64,000 bases of DNA from assembly GCA_020891255.1 (NCBI GenBank), contig BQFW01000014.1, positions 1,798,001-1,862,000 of the forward strand, given 5' to 3'. Under the pieces are notes generated by a model. The model was given only the letters and a program-made list of their open reading frames with translations. It did not search any database and was not told the DNA's origin. Each line of letters begins with the position of its first letter. The stretch's first letter is position 1. The stretch comes from Entomortierella parvispora E1425. Lineage: Eukaryota > Fungi > Mortierellomycota. Of this stretch, positions 46,773 through 58,620 are shown in pieces. Both the position numbers and the translations under genes were made by a program.

Positions 46773-48064
46773 TTAGGCATCGTTGTATCCGTTGGGGTTG
46801 TTACGCTGCCAGCGCCAGAGGTCAGCGCACATTTCATCCAGAGTCTTTTCGGCCTTCCAGCCCAAAGCCTCATTGGCCAGGCGGGGATCTGCGGTCAAGT
46901 TGGGCACATCACCAGCGCGACGTTCCGTGACAACAAAGGGAAGTTCCCGACCCACAGCCTTGTTGAAGGCCTTGACCATGTCAAAGACAGAGTATCCAGT
47001 TCCGGTTCCCAAGTTGTAAGCACTGCATCCAAACTGACCCTCGGTCTGTTCCTGCTCCATCTTGGCCAATGCAGCAACGTGTCCCTGTGCAAGATCGACC
47101 ACGTGCAGGTAATCGCTGGAAAAAAGAATGACGGGGGTAAGATTAAAAACAAGATTGTTAGGATGGAGCACAAAGAAATAAAAACCATGCATTCCAAACA
47201 CAAACAAACATCAAGTAGACAGAGGGACTCTTCATACCGAATACAGGTGCCATCCTCGGTGGGGTAATCCTTTCCAAAGACAGAGAGCTTCTCGAGCTTG
47301 CCGACAGCGACCTGAGACAAGAAGGGCATCAAGTTGTTGGGAATGCCCTGAGGATCCTCACCCATGATACCACTGGGATGTGCTCCAGCTGGGTTGAAAT
47401 ATCTCAGCAAGACAGCGCTCCACTCGTAATTGACATTGTCCCGGGTCTCTGATGACTGCTTGAGGTACTCCTGCTGCTTCAAGACCGAAGCCACACAGAG
47501 ATCCTTGATGATGTGCTCCAAAAAGACCTTTGTCCGGCCGTAGGGGCTCATGGACGCCACAATGGGCGAAGTCTCGGGAATGGGAATGCTGGGAGGGTTG
47601 CCATAGACGGTGGCCGAGGAAGAAAAGACAATCTTGCGCACGTTGAACTCTTCCATGACCTGCAACAAGTTGACGGTGCCCGAGATGTTGACATTGTAGT
47701 AATCGAGAGGGATGCGACCGGATTCACCGACAGCCTTGCGACCGGCGAAATGGATCACGGCCGAGATCTCGGGGTGGGCTGTAAAGACGGTGGCGAGGGC
47801 AGCCTTGTCGAGAATGTCGACCTTGTAGAAGGGAATGAGATTCTCGACCGAGAGCGCAGCGTCCTCGTGGGCTGAAGAGGAGGGATGAGCAGCAGCATAG
47901 GCGGCGTAGAGCTTATGGACTCTGCGAAGAGACTCGTAGGAGGAGTTGGAGAGGTTGTCGAGGACGACGACCTTGTAGCCAGACTCGAGCAGGCGCAGGG
48001 CGGTGTGCGAGCCAATGTAGCCGCATCCACCGGTGACGAGGATAGTCTGCTTGGAGGGGGACAT
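46773..48064 (-). CDS. galE: UDP-glucose 4-epimerase, 2 exons
   Basis: [60 protein letters not shown] and RRAGDV. Confidence 0.94.
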
Positions 48065-49172
48065 TGTCGAGGAAAGGAGGGGATGAAGGGATGAGGAGAT
48101 GGAATGAGGTGATGAAGTAATGAGAGAGATGGGACGGATGGATGGATGGACTGAACACAGAGAGCGAGAGAGCTTGAGAGCGAGCGAGTGAGAGAAAAGT
48201 CTAAATCCGGAGTGTGGCTGGCTGGGAGAGGAGAGAGGAGAGAGCTGGACTATGTTCTGTACTACAGCACTGTCCTAAAAAAAGACTCTTTGACGCCAGT
48301 TTGTTGCCGTCATCGCTTGGTTCCTGGACGAGGTGATGTGTTCATCTTATCGTGATACATGCACTTTGCACCCTGTTCATCCTATCGAGATACAACCGCG
48401 ATAGGAACGAGCATGCACCCTCTTTTCTCTCTAGTTTCTACGCGTCTGTCCTATCCTATCCTGTTCTGTCCTGGTCACTTGCCTGGTCACTGCCCTAGTC
48501 CCCATGCACCCAGGCGCAGCACCCTCGACCTCCAAAAGCGCAACTTTTTTTTTTCTTTTTTTCTTTCTTTTGCTCAGTTCTCTACAGCCATGCCTACCAC
48601 GCGCACAACTGACTGTGGCGTAGCAACAGCCAAAAGTTGCCTTGCCTTGCCCATCCTGTCCCTGTGGCCTTGGTCAGCCCACCCTGTTTTGTCTGGTTAT
48701 CAGTTGTGTGCCTGTCTCTCGACTGTTGGCTGCTGCAAATGGCTGTCGAGTCTGTGCATCCACTTTTTTATCTTTATTGTGTGTCGTGTCCTGCTCTTTT
48801 AGCTCCTCTCAAACAAAATAGGGGGCCCGACCCTCGGATCAGCTGCGCGCGTTAGCCCCAAGGAACGAGCCATTTCGCCCTTTGTCAAAGCGTCGGCACG
48901 CCCCTCCCCCCTACTGCCCGCACCGTAATATACAAGTCCCCTCTGTCCCTGGAGTGGGACTGGGGAAGGATAATCACAGCACGAAACGAGAACTTGTATA
49001 AAAACAGACCTCGTTCACCAACTTTCTCCCTTACTTTTCCCCCCCTCCTTTCTTTATCTTTGCCTCTACAATTTCTTCTCCTTCACCTTCTTGTGCCTTT
49101 GCCTTCTCCTCCTTCGCCTTTACCTCCTCTCCACACACCCTTCAACAGTACACCACCGAACATAGCACAATA

Positions 49173-49544
49173 ATGGCCTGCACAATCGATTGCACCGTCT
49201 TCTTTGCAAAAGCCCTGGCCTGCCAGAACATCAACCACTTTAATATCCCCACCTCCATCCCCACCATCGGCGCCGACCCCATCGTGGACACCTGTCTTTG
49301 TGTCCAAAGCGCCGTCTCATCCATGCACACCTGTGCCAGCTGCCGTGCCAAAAACGACAACACCACCGATGTCACAAATGTCTTTATCAGCGCTTGCAAC
49401 CAAGAGTTCCCCGGTCGAAACCTCGTCCTCGAGAGCAGTGCCAGTGCCTCCCCGCAATCCTTGTCTCCTAAAACAAAGCTGGGTGCCGCCTTTCCGTTGG
49501 TCTTTCTTGTCTTTATGACCTGTGCAAGTGTCATTCTAGGATAG
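49173..49544 (+). CDS. Small Cys-rich protein with a C-terminal hydrophobic (GPI/TM-like) tail, 123 aa
   Basis: TATAAAA at ~48996 and ataATGg context. Eight Cys in a C..C..C..CLC..CASC..C pattern, a Ser-rich linker and a hydrophobic C-terminus. Confidence 0.65.
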   Translation: MACTIDCTVFFAKALACQNINHFNIPTSIPTIGADPIVDTCLCVQSAVSSMHTCASCRAKNDNTTDVTNVFISACNQEFPGRNLVLESSASASPQSLSPKTKLGAAFPLVFLVFMTCASVILG

Positions 49545-49809
49545 AAAAAAAACAAACAAACAAACAAAGGAGAACCACTGAAAGAGAGAAAACATGAGAC
49601 GCCGAAAGAGGAAAAGAAAACAAACAATCTTGGGTCCAACCACACTCCCGCCACTACATATCATCTCCATGTGAACTTTACACATATTTTTTCTAAAATA
49701 ATATCTTGTTTTGATTTGAAAACATCTAGTGTGTATGCAATGTGGTTTCTATGATCTTCTTTCTTCGCCAATTACAGTTGAGGGTTTTTTCTTGCGCAAG
49801 AATAACCGC

Positions 49810-52222
49810 TTAATCAATATCCATATCCTTCGACTCATCGTGCTTGGTCTCCTCCTTGGACTCCTCCTTGGCCTCGGGGACCTCGGGGGTCTCAACAACA
49901 ACGGGCTTGGGCTTGGGCTTGTTGAGAATGGGGGTGGCAAAGTAGACAATGTCATCACGCTGCTTGCGGACCTCGGCCGAGGTGAAGGCGGGGACCTCAT
50001 ACTTCTTCAACATCATCTGGCGCTCCTCCTTGTTCTCGATCCAGGTCTGGGCCTTGGAGCACTTCTCGACAATGCTGTTCTTCTCCTCCTCGGGGATATG
50101 GGCAAACTTCTCCTCAGAGCTGGTAGCCTGGGACATCAAGTTGTTGATGGCCTCACGGAGCTCACGGGCAGCAACGGGGCGGGCCTCAAACTCGCGGTAA
50201 CGCTGGATGACGGGGGTACCAACGACCTGGAGCTCACCCAACTTGGCGGCGTAGACAGACTTGGTGGTCTCATCACCCTCATCGTACAACCAGTTCTCGG
50301 CATCGTTCAAGTCCTTGATGAACTTCTCCTTGTCGGCGGGGTTGGTGAAATCCTTGTAGGCTCCTCCATCGACCTTGGAGCGGGTATCGTAAATGTACTC
50401 CTCCAAAGCGTTCTTGGCCATCTCAGTGTCAACAACCAACTTGTCAGAGGCAATCATCTCCATCTCCTTCTCCTTGAGCTCAGCGAGGAGCGAGCGGTCC
50501 AAGGAAGACGTGGCGCTGACGACGGGCAAATCGCCCTTCTTGACCAACTTCTTGACCTTGCGGGTCAAAGGAGCATCGACATCAGCATCGGCCTCACCCT
50601 CAGCCTTGGCGGTCTCCTCAATAAGCTCCTCCTTGACGACCTCCTCAACAACGTAGGCAGACTCGATGGACAAGACACCGTGGATGTTGACTCTGGCCTT
50701 GACCTTGACGCAAGCAGCCTCGCCGTTGATGGGCTCGACGTTTTTGATAGAGAAGCGTCCGATCCAGGGGTTGATACCGGCGGGGATAGACTCGGGCTCG
50801 GCGTACTGGGCCTCGAGCTCGAAAGGCTCGGAGCGGTAGAAGGTCAAGATCTTGGTCGAGGGGATAGTGTTGTTCTTGTTGAAGACGACGAGCTCGGTCT
50901 CCTCCTCCTCGGGGGTAGGCTGCCAGGTCATCTTGATGGGGTAGTTGGTGATGTCCTGAACAGAAAAGTCACGAACCTTGAAGGCGGGCGACAAGATGGC
51001 GCACTGGAGAGCGCATCCACGGGCAACAGCCTCATCCTGGTTCAAGGTGGAAGAAAGATCCTTCTTGAAGAAAGCAGAGATGCGCTCCTTGAGGGCGGGG
51101 ATACGGGTGGAACCTCCGACCATCTCAACAGCATCAATGTCCTCAATGGTCATGCCAGCATCCTCCAAAGCCTTCTGGAGAGGAGCCTCGACACGGGAGA
51201 TCAACTCCTGGGCCAACTCCTCAAACTCAGCACGCTTCATCATCGAGGCGACATCGCGATCCTCCATGATGGACTCAATGTTCAAAGGAGCCTGGGCGTT
51301 GGCAGAAAGAACCTTCTTGAGCTTCTCGCAGCCGGCCATCAAACGGATAATGGCCTTGCCGTTAGACTTGACATCAATCTTGTACTTCTCCTTGAACTCG
51401 GCAGCAAAGTGATCCAACAACATGCGGTCAAAGTCACGTCCTCCAAAGTGTCTGTCGAAAGCGCGGGACTTGACAGTGAGCTGACCCTTGATGAAGGAGA
51501 CAATGGAAACAGTGTAGGAAGAGTGGCCGACATCGACAAAGCAAACGTTGCGGGGCTTGTCCTCGGGCAAGTCAGTCTTGGTGATACCGTAACCGAGAGC
51601 GGTGGCGGTAGAGTCGTTGATGAGTCTCAAGACGTTCAGTCCAGCAATCTCGGAGGCATCCAAGACAGCGCGACGCTGAACATCGGTGAACCAGGCGGGG
51701 ATGGCAATGACGCAGTCAGAGACGGGGAGCTTGGTCTCGGCAGCAGCGATCTCCTTCATCTTGGTCAAGTACATGGCGAAAACCTGGAGGGTGGTGAAGG
51801 TGGTCTCCTGTCCCTGGTAGTTGACCTTGACAGAGAGCTGGCCGTTGACATCGACCAAAGGAGCAGTCAGGTACTGCTTCTCAATCTCCTGAACCTCCTT
51901 GTCGGCAAAGGTGCGTCCGACAATGCGCTTCAAGGAAGAGATGGTGTTCTTGAAGTTGGAGATCTCCTGAGTCTTGGCGGTCTCACCGAGGTAACGCTGC
52001 TTGGGGCCGAAAGACACCAAGGACTAGAAACGCAAAACAAGTTAGTTGTTAGAAATCCACCTTTCACTCCTGACACAAGGCTTTTTTAAACATGAACAGC
52101 AGGATAAACGTACGGGAGTGAAGCGGTTCGAGACTTCATTGCAGATAACGTCAATACCACGGTTTCTGGCAACGGCGATAACCGACTGCAAGTTTCCGAA
52201 ATCAATACCTAAAGAGAAGGAA

Positions 52223-52258
<36 letters not shown>

Positions 52259-52446
52259 GCAGGGCGGTTGAGCATTAGAATAAGAGGATTGAATGTCTAC
52301 AGGGGTCAAAGCTGGTGCAGTGTAACAAGGACGATGATGGCGAAATCCTGCCCCCTGTGAAGGGGATCTCGGCCTGAATGTGCCGCATGGACAAAGGAAT
52401 GGGGTCAGGGGCCTGGCCTGCAAAAGGACATACCAACAACAGACAT
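49810..52446 (-). CDS. SSE1: Hsp110/SSE1 (Hsp70 superfamily nucleotide-exchange factor), 3 exons
   Basis: [97 protein letters not shown]. Confidence 0.95.
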
Positions 52447-52648
52447 GATGTGAGAGGATGGGGGTAAAGAAGATGAAAGAACGAAATCGATTAATGAATC
52501 AGTCAGTTTTGGAGGCGCTGTGGCTGAAGTAAACAGACGGCAAAAAATGGCGTGACTGTCTTTCCGAGTTGGTTGTGCGTGGCATGCATGCATGCATTCT
52601 GTTGCATGCACTGCATTGAATGCGTCCATCCCTTTCTCTTTTCTCACA

Positions 52649-53887
52649 ATGTCGCTCCTTCGTATCCTCTGTCTCCACGGCTACACTCAGGTGGGTGTAG
52701 GGAGATTCTGGGATGGATAAGGCATATGGGGAAGGTGGCTAACAATAGTTTTGGGCCTTTTTTGTTTTAGAACTCGATATCGTTCACAAAGAAGACCGCT
52801 GCTTTCCGCAGGAGTGTCAAGGATGTCGCAGATCTCGGTAAATAATTTGCGACTGAGAAAACAGGAAAATACCTTGCAGCTTCTGCCGTTGCGGCATAAG
52901 CAAAATAGCATAGGATGGGACAAAGCTGACCAAACGACCGTTGCAAAATAGTATATGTAACTGCTCCTCATGTGGTGCCTATCCCAACCTTGTCCACCCC
53001 GGAGGAACGTGAGGAGGACGAATTGGAAAATCTAGGACCTGGTACGCCTCCTGCATGTGCTTCGAACCCGAACTTTTCAATACATTACTCCAGCTGACCT
53101 CAATTGCTCACCCTTTATTTGGATTAGAGGCAACACCTTACGGCTGGTGGACTGGACAGACGCATTACAAGGGATTTGAAGAGAGTCTGGATCAGCTTCG
53201 TCAAGTTCTCGAAAAGCAGGTAGCCCTTCTCAACTGCTGCTTTATGGGGCGAACTAGAGTTCCGAATCCTTTTCAAAATGGACTATAGAGATTTTGACTC
53301 GACTTTATCTGTCAACATTAGGGACCTTTTGACGGCATCTTGGGCTTTTCACAGGGTGCGACAATGGCCAGTTTGCTGCAATTGCTGTTAGAAAGACCTC
53401 ATCTGTCCAATGTAATGAGCGGGTGTAAGCATCCTCCTTTCAAGTTCTCAATTCTGGTATCTGGATTTGAGCCCAAGGATGAGGAAAAGTTGGCCTGGTA
53501 CAATGGCAAATATATGGTGCTGAAGGAACAGAGCCGGGACAGTGACGACGTCAATATGGACAGTGATGACGATAACAAGGAGAATGTAGAGCCCCCTCAT
53601 GTCAAAGGCGTCCAAGGAGCGAGTATGCACATCATTGGAAATACAGACGTTATTATTACCCCAGGTAAGAAAAGTCAGCGGAGGACCAAATGTCAGGTTT
53701 TATGGAAAGGGACCAAGCTGACGCATCTTTTTAACATGTTGCAGAGCGATCGGAGGCTCTTTTGAAGTATTATACCCACAAGAAACCAGTGATAATCTAT
53801 CACGACGGAGGACACTACATGCCGTCCCAAGCAGCCAACCGTCATGCATACAAAGCCTTTGTTCAATCCTTCCAACAGAGTTCGTAG
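52649..53887 (+). CDS. FSH1: FSH1/OVCA2-type serine hydrolase, multi-exon
   Basis: MSLLRILCLHGYTQ, nucleophile elbow GFSQGA, HIIGNTDVII and HDGGHYMP. Confidence 0.88.
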
Positions 53888-55579
53888 GGAAGGAGGTGTG
53901 ATTCTCTCTGCGCGGTTTCTTCAAATTTCGGCATGTAGACTAGACTAATCATTCTCGATCGCGTGGACGCAGAGAAACGTCATATGTACCGTGCTGCTGC
54001 ATGCACTACAAATAAAAAATATGATGAGAGCGTCTCAACCCCGAAGGAGAAGACGGATACGTTTGAGAACACAGACAAGTCAGTTGCAGGGGGGCAGGAG
54101 GAGGAGCAAAGGGTTCGAACGCAACGTTAAATTGGAGTAGATTCACAACAGCTGTTATTTTGGTTCCTGGCGTTCAGGAATGGGGTCAGTGTCCTCCTTT
54201 CCAACCGCACCCACATGACTTTTTTTTGGATGGATCTTTTTTTTTTTTTTTTTTTCGTACAGACAGGGGGCTACAAGTCGACTGTGCACCCGACAGAGGG
54301 GGTCCATCAGAACGACTGCCTAGTACCTACCGTACGGCACGTTATTTTTATCAAGCAGCAGACTAGCAGGTGGACGAACGTGGGAGAGGGGAAGAGAGAA
54401 AGAGAGGGGGTCGGGCTCTTACGCAAATTGCATTCAAACACACTGGTTCCCAGGGCCTTTTAAAAATGAGCATTCATTTCACCAAGATCCCCTATTGCGG
54501 CTAATTTCAGCAAGAGCAGCAGAAGAATGATTGTGTCAGAGCAAACAATAGCAGAATAGCAGACGTGGCTGCAAACCACGAGGAGGGAAAGAGAGACAGA
54601 GAGACAGACAGACAGAGAGACAGAGAGAGAGATCCCCTTCGTTGACTCTCCTGACCCCCTCTCTGGCCATGCTTTGCTCGTCAAGAGGTTCAGCTGCAAT
54701 CCTCCACGGCAACGGCAAGCAACTCCTGGCGAACAAAAAAAAGTGGGAAACGGGTTTTCATTTGATTGACCATCCAATCCGATCGATCGAGTGAGCAAGC
54801 GAACAAGCTGTGGAGGGACAGCAGCAGGGCAACCAGCCCGTCGGTGGGGGGGGGGGGTCATGTCCTCCGTTGGCATGGGATGAGTCCGATCATTCTTTGG
54901 TGGCCAACAGTTGTGCGACGCACTTTACTGCCAACTCCATCACACCGTTTGACAAGGATGGCCTTTGCCCCTGTTTGTGTTTGAGGTTGAATAAGCAACA
55001 GACGACGAAGCACGTCCGCCTCCTTTTCGGGCAACCACACCAAGGACGAGACAGGACAAAGGGCCAGCAACCATGCGCGTGGACTGTGAGTGGGGAGGAG
55101 GGGTGCCATCGCACTCAGTGGAGTGCAGGCAGAGCAGACATCATACAACATACACAGACACAGACACAGATAGAGAAGAGACAAAAGAAAAAGAAGAAGG
55201 GAACTTCGAAACGTTGGCACTCCCCTCGCTCCCTTCGTCGTCACCAGCGAACAAAGGGAGACAGACAGACAGACAACGAAGGACAGAAACAAAGAAAGCA
55301 GGCACTTCCCTTCCCGCTCTTCCCTGCCTCTTTTCTTTTTCTTTCTTCTCTCTTTCTCCTTCTCTCTCTCTCTCTCAAAGCCCTTTTGTGTCCTCCATCC
55401 ATCTTCATTCCATTCCCCTCCCTTGCCTTGCCTTGCCTTGCCTTGCCTTGCCTTGCCTCACCCCCTCATCCATCATCCCCTTGCCCAGCCCCCCTCGCCT
55501 TTGTCTCTGTCTCCCATTCCTTCGTGACTTCCCACCTCTGCTACACCTAAATCACCCCTTTCCACACATCTCCAAAACC

Positions 55580-58500
55580 ATGGAACTTGACAAGGCCCCT
55601 GCTCCAACTTCGCGTTTGGATCATCTCGCAGAGCTGGCTACATCGCCCACTCATGCGCATGGTCACCACTCCTCAGACATGTTCTCCCCCGTCTCCTCAA
55701 CGTCCTCCTCTACCTCGCGTCACCCTTCTCAAGACCAATATACGACCCACCACCCTCTCTCACGCTCCCAAGAAGATTCTCGTTCTCTCTACCACTCTTC
55801 AGAACAAGAACAACAACGTCCTCTTATGAAAGAAACCGGCTCCTCCTCCACTCATCATCACTCCCGTCCTCACTCTTCTCGACCCCTCGCCCTGGCACAT
55901 CAACTGGAGACGGAATCTGGTTGGGGTCGATCGCCTATCACGCCTACAACAACTCGAAAGTTCAATAGAATGGCAATTCACGAGGTCCTGGAGAACCAAG
56001 AAGACCTGGCCTCACCCTCGTTCAAGCGCAAGGGTTCGCCCGACGAGTCGTTGATGGAGGCCTCCTCTTCTCGCTCACCTTCCTCCTCGGCTTCTCGGTA
56101 AGGACACATCTGCACCTCTTCCCCTCATCTCATACTCAGTTATCCCGACTCTTCCCTTGTACCTCTTTTTTTTTCTTGCGGAGATGGTGTCTATTGTTGC
56201 ATGCATTCATGCAGGCGGGCCTTTATGCCTCCAGATCATCTGTTGTTGGAGTAACAATTGTGAAGAGCCGACTCCCCACATGTTGCATGAATATCCCTTC
56301 ATTTCATTTCATTTCAATTGTTCACGACCCCAGTCCTTTTTCGCTTCGTTGTGCAAAGACGGATGACTGGCGACTGGCGTTGGCGTGGCCACATTGGGCG
56401 GCCTGTCAAGAGCGGAGGGTGCCCATCTCTGTTTAAATTAGCTTTGATGATCTCCAATTTCATTTAAAATTATAATTCGGTTTTGCCACTAATTTTGTAT
56501 CTTTTTTCTCGTGCTCTGACTAACGCTTCGTCCCCTTTGTCTTCATATGTTTAGTCTCCCTGCCCGTGGCGCGTCCTCGTCGGATCATGCTCACCATAGC
56601 CACAGCCACAGTCATAGCCACAGCCGTAGCCACAGCCATAGTCATAGTCATGGCCACCGTCTGCCGCTCTCTCCTAGACCTCGTCAAGAGTCGCCCTTGC
56701 CCGCTTCAAACTCCGAAGACGATGAGGATCCTACCGACGTTCGCAACTTCAAGAAGCGCAGGACCGTGGTGCCCGCCCATGGCCACAGTCACGGCCATGG
56801 TCCCCACAGCCATCTCCACAAGACCTCCACGCCTTTGCCATCTTCTCCTGGAATTGCCCCTGCTGAGGTCATGGATCAGGTTCGCTCGACTCTAAAGCTC
56901 AAACAACAGCAAAAGGCCATCATCGAGGCAAGACAGAACAACGGAACCACACCACCCGCTAGTGCCGGTCCTACTTCTGCAAGCACAGCACCGACCTCGA
57001 CCTCGCCAACGCACTCGTCTCCACAGAAAGGATCAAACAGCACAGGCAAAACGAACAACAGTGGTAACGGCAGCACCACTAGCAGCAGTCAGCCCATTAC
57101 TGAAAAAACCACCAGCGGTATATCTGTGTTCCATGGGAGCGCGTCATTTGCTGCTATGAACCGTCGCGGACCTTTGGTATCCCCAAAGAACCCAAAGAAC
57201 GCAAAGTCCCTCACCATCTTTGCCCCTTCCTATTCCGAATCTTCTTTGTCGATTCACTCTGCACCTTTGCAGCCCTCCCATGCCCACCAGCTCATGAGTG
57301 GTTCACACCCTCCCCGAACCTCAAACCCACTCCGGAACCACACGCCAATGCAGGCCCACCACCCACATCCGCTCTCACACCAACATCATGGCCAGCAACA
57401 GCAGACTGGAGGACCTCATTCCCATAGAGCCCCAAGATCTCCCACAACAGGGGGTCATGGCAAATCATTATCTCGCGCGCTTCTCCGTGGTGGCCCACAT
57501 ACTGCAGGTCTTGATAACAGGTAATAACCCAACGCAAAATCTCTAGCAATGTGGATATCTGGATTTGTAGTGCCCATCTAACATATTGGTCATTTACCCC
57601 ACTAGCTCTGGCACGATACCCGCACCTATCCTCTCGTCGCACACTGGACCCTTGCCATCACCAATGTACCCTCACCCATCCACACCCTTCCACCCAGCTC
57701 ACAGCAGCAATAATCTCAACATTCATCTCAATGGTCACGGAATGTCCTCTGCTTCTGCCACGGCAGGAGGATCCATGGCCGGCAACAAAGCCATGTTCAT
57801 GGAAACAGTGTCGACTCTCTTTGACTCTGTGGACTCGACCCGAACCCTCAAACTGACGCTGGAGGAGCAGATCCGCAAGTCGGCTCAGTTGCTCCAAACC
57901 CTTCAATCGAGTGGAACCATGATTGAATCTCTTGTTCGGGGTCAATTTAAGGAACTGGAGAAGGGTGTCTTCGACCGTTTCGAGTCCGAGATCGAGTACT
58001 TGTCAATGCGTGTTGGAATCTTGGAGAAGCACCAAGGCTTGACTGCGCCTCCGCCGCCCCCCTCCACCACAACCACTCCAGTACTGGCAACACAGTCGAT
58101 TTCTGGCAAGCGTGGTGCTACGATTCGCTTTGCTACAGCTGGGAGCAACAGTCATGGACCCACTTCGTTGCCATCGCCACCATCCGCCAGTAGCAACAGC
58201 GCCCAAAGCGGAACGAGCCCACTCCGCCATAGCTCAAAGACAGAAGATGTCGATGAGATGAAGGAGGGTACTTTGCCTACGCCACCTTTGAACAAGAAGC
58301 AAGACTCGTTGGTGATGGAGTTGGATGTAGAAGAGGAGAACCAGGAGAGAAGCAAGGAAGAGGAGCGCAACAGTCCAGTAGAAGATGAGGATGAGGCCAT
58401 GGGTGAGGAAGAGCCTGTTTCCTCCTATAGATCTTCGTCTGCGTCGGCTGCATCACCCCCTTCTTCAACTACTGGCGACTATAATGCTTCTGTCAAAAAG

Positions 58501-58620
58501 CTGCAGGAACGGATCGCCAAGCTCGAAAAGGGCCACGAAGCCAATGCGGCTGCAGCTGCCTCCAAGTCAGCTACCACTCCAGAGCCTACGCCAGCCCCGT
58601 TGACCACAGCTGTGGCCTAA
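55580..58620 (+). CDS. Uncharacterised low-complexity (Ser/His/Pro) protein with a C-terminal coiled-coil block, 3 exons
   Basis: accATGg start; exons ~55580-56098, 56553-57519, 57607-58620 with GT-AG ends. Ordered-looking segments LKLKQQQKAIIEAR, KSLTIFAPSY and FMETVSTLFDSVDSTRTLKLTLEEQIRKSAQLLQTLQ. Confidence 0.75.

Noticed and set aside
49729-52089. 786-aa plus-strand ORF
   Set aside because: It is the exact antisense of the Hsp110 main exon. Long antisense ORFs opposite Hsp70-family genes are a known by-product of codon bias, and there is no independent domain signal.
55420-55460. (CCTTG)n, (GAATT)n at ~6590-6620, and many poly-A/poly-T runs
   Set aside because: Ordinary microsatellites and intronic homopolymers; there are no spacers, so these are not CRISPR-like.
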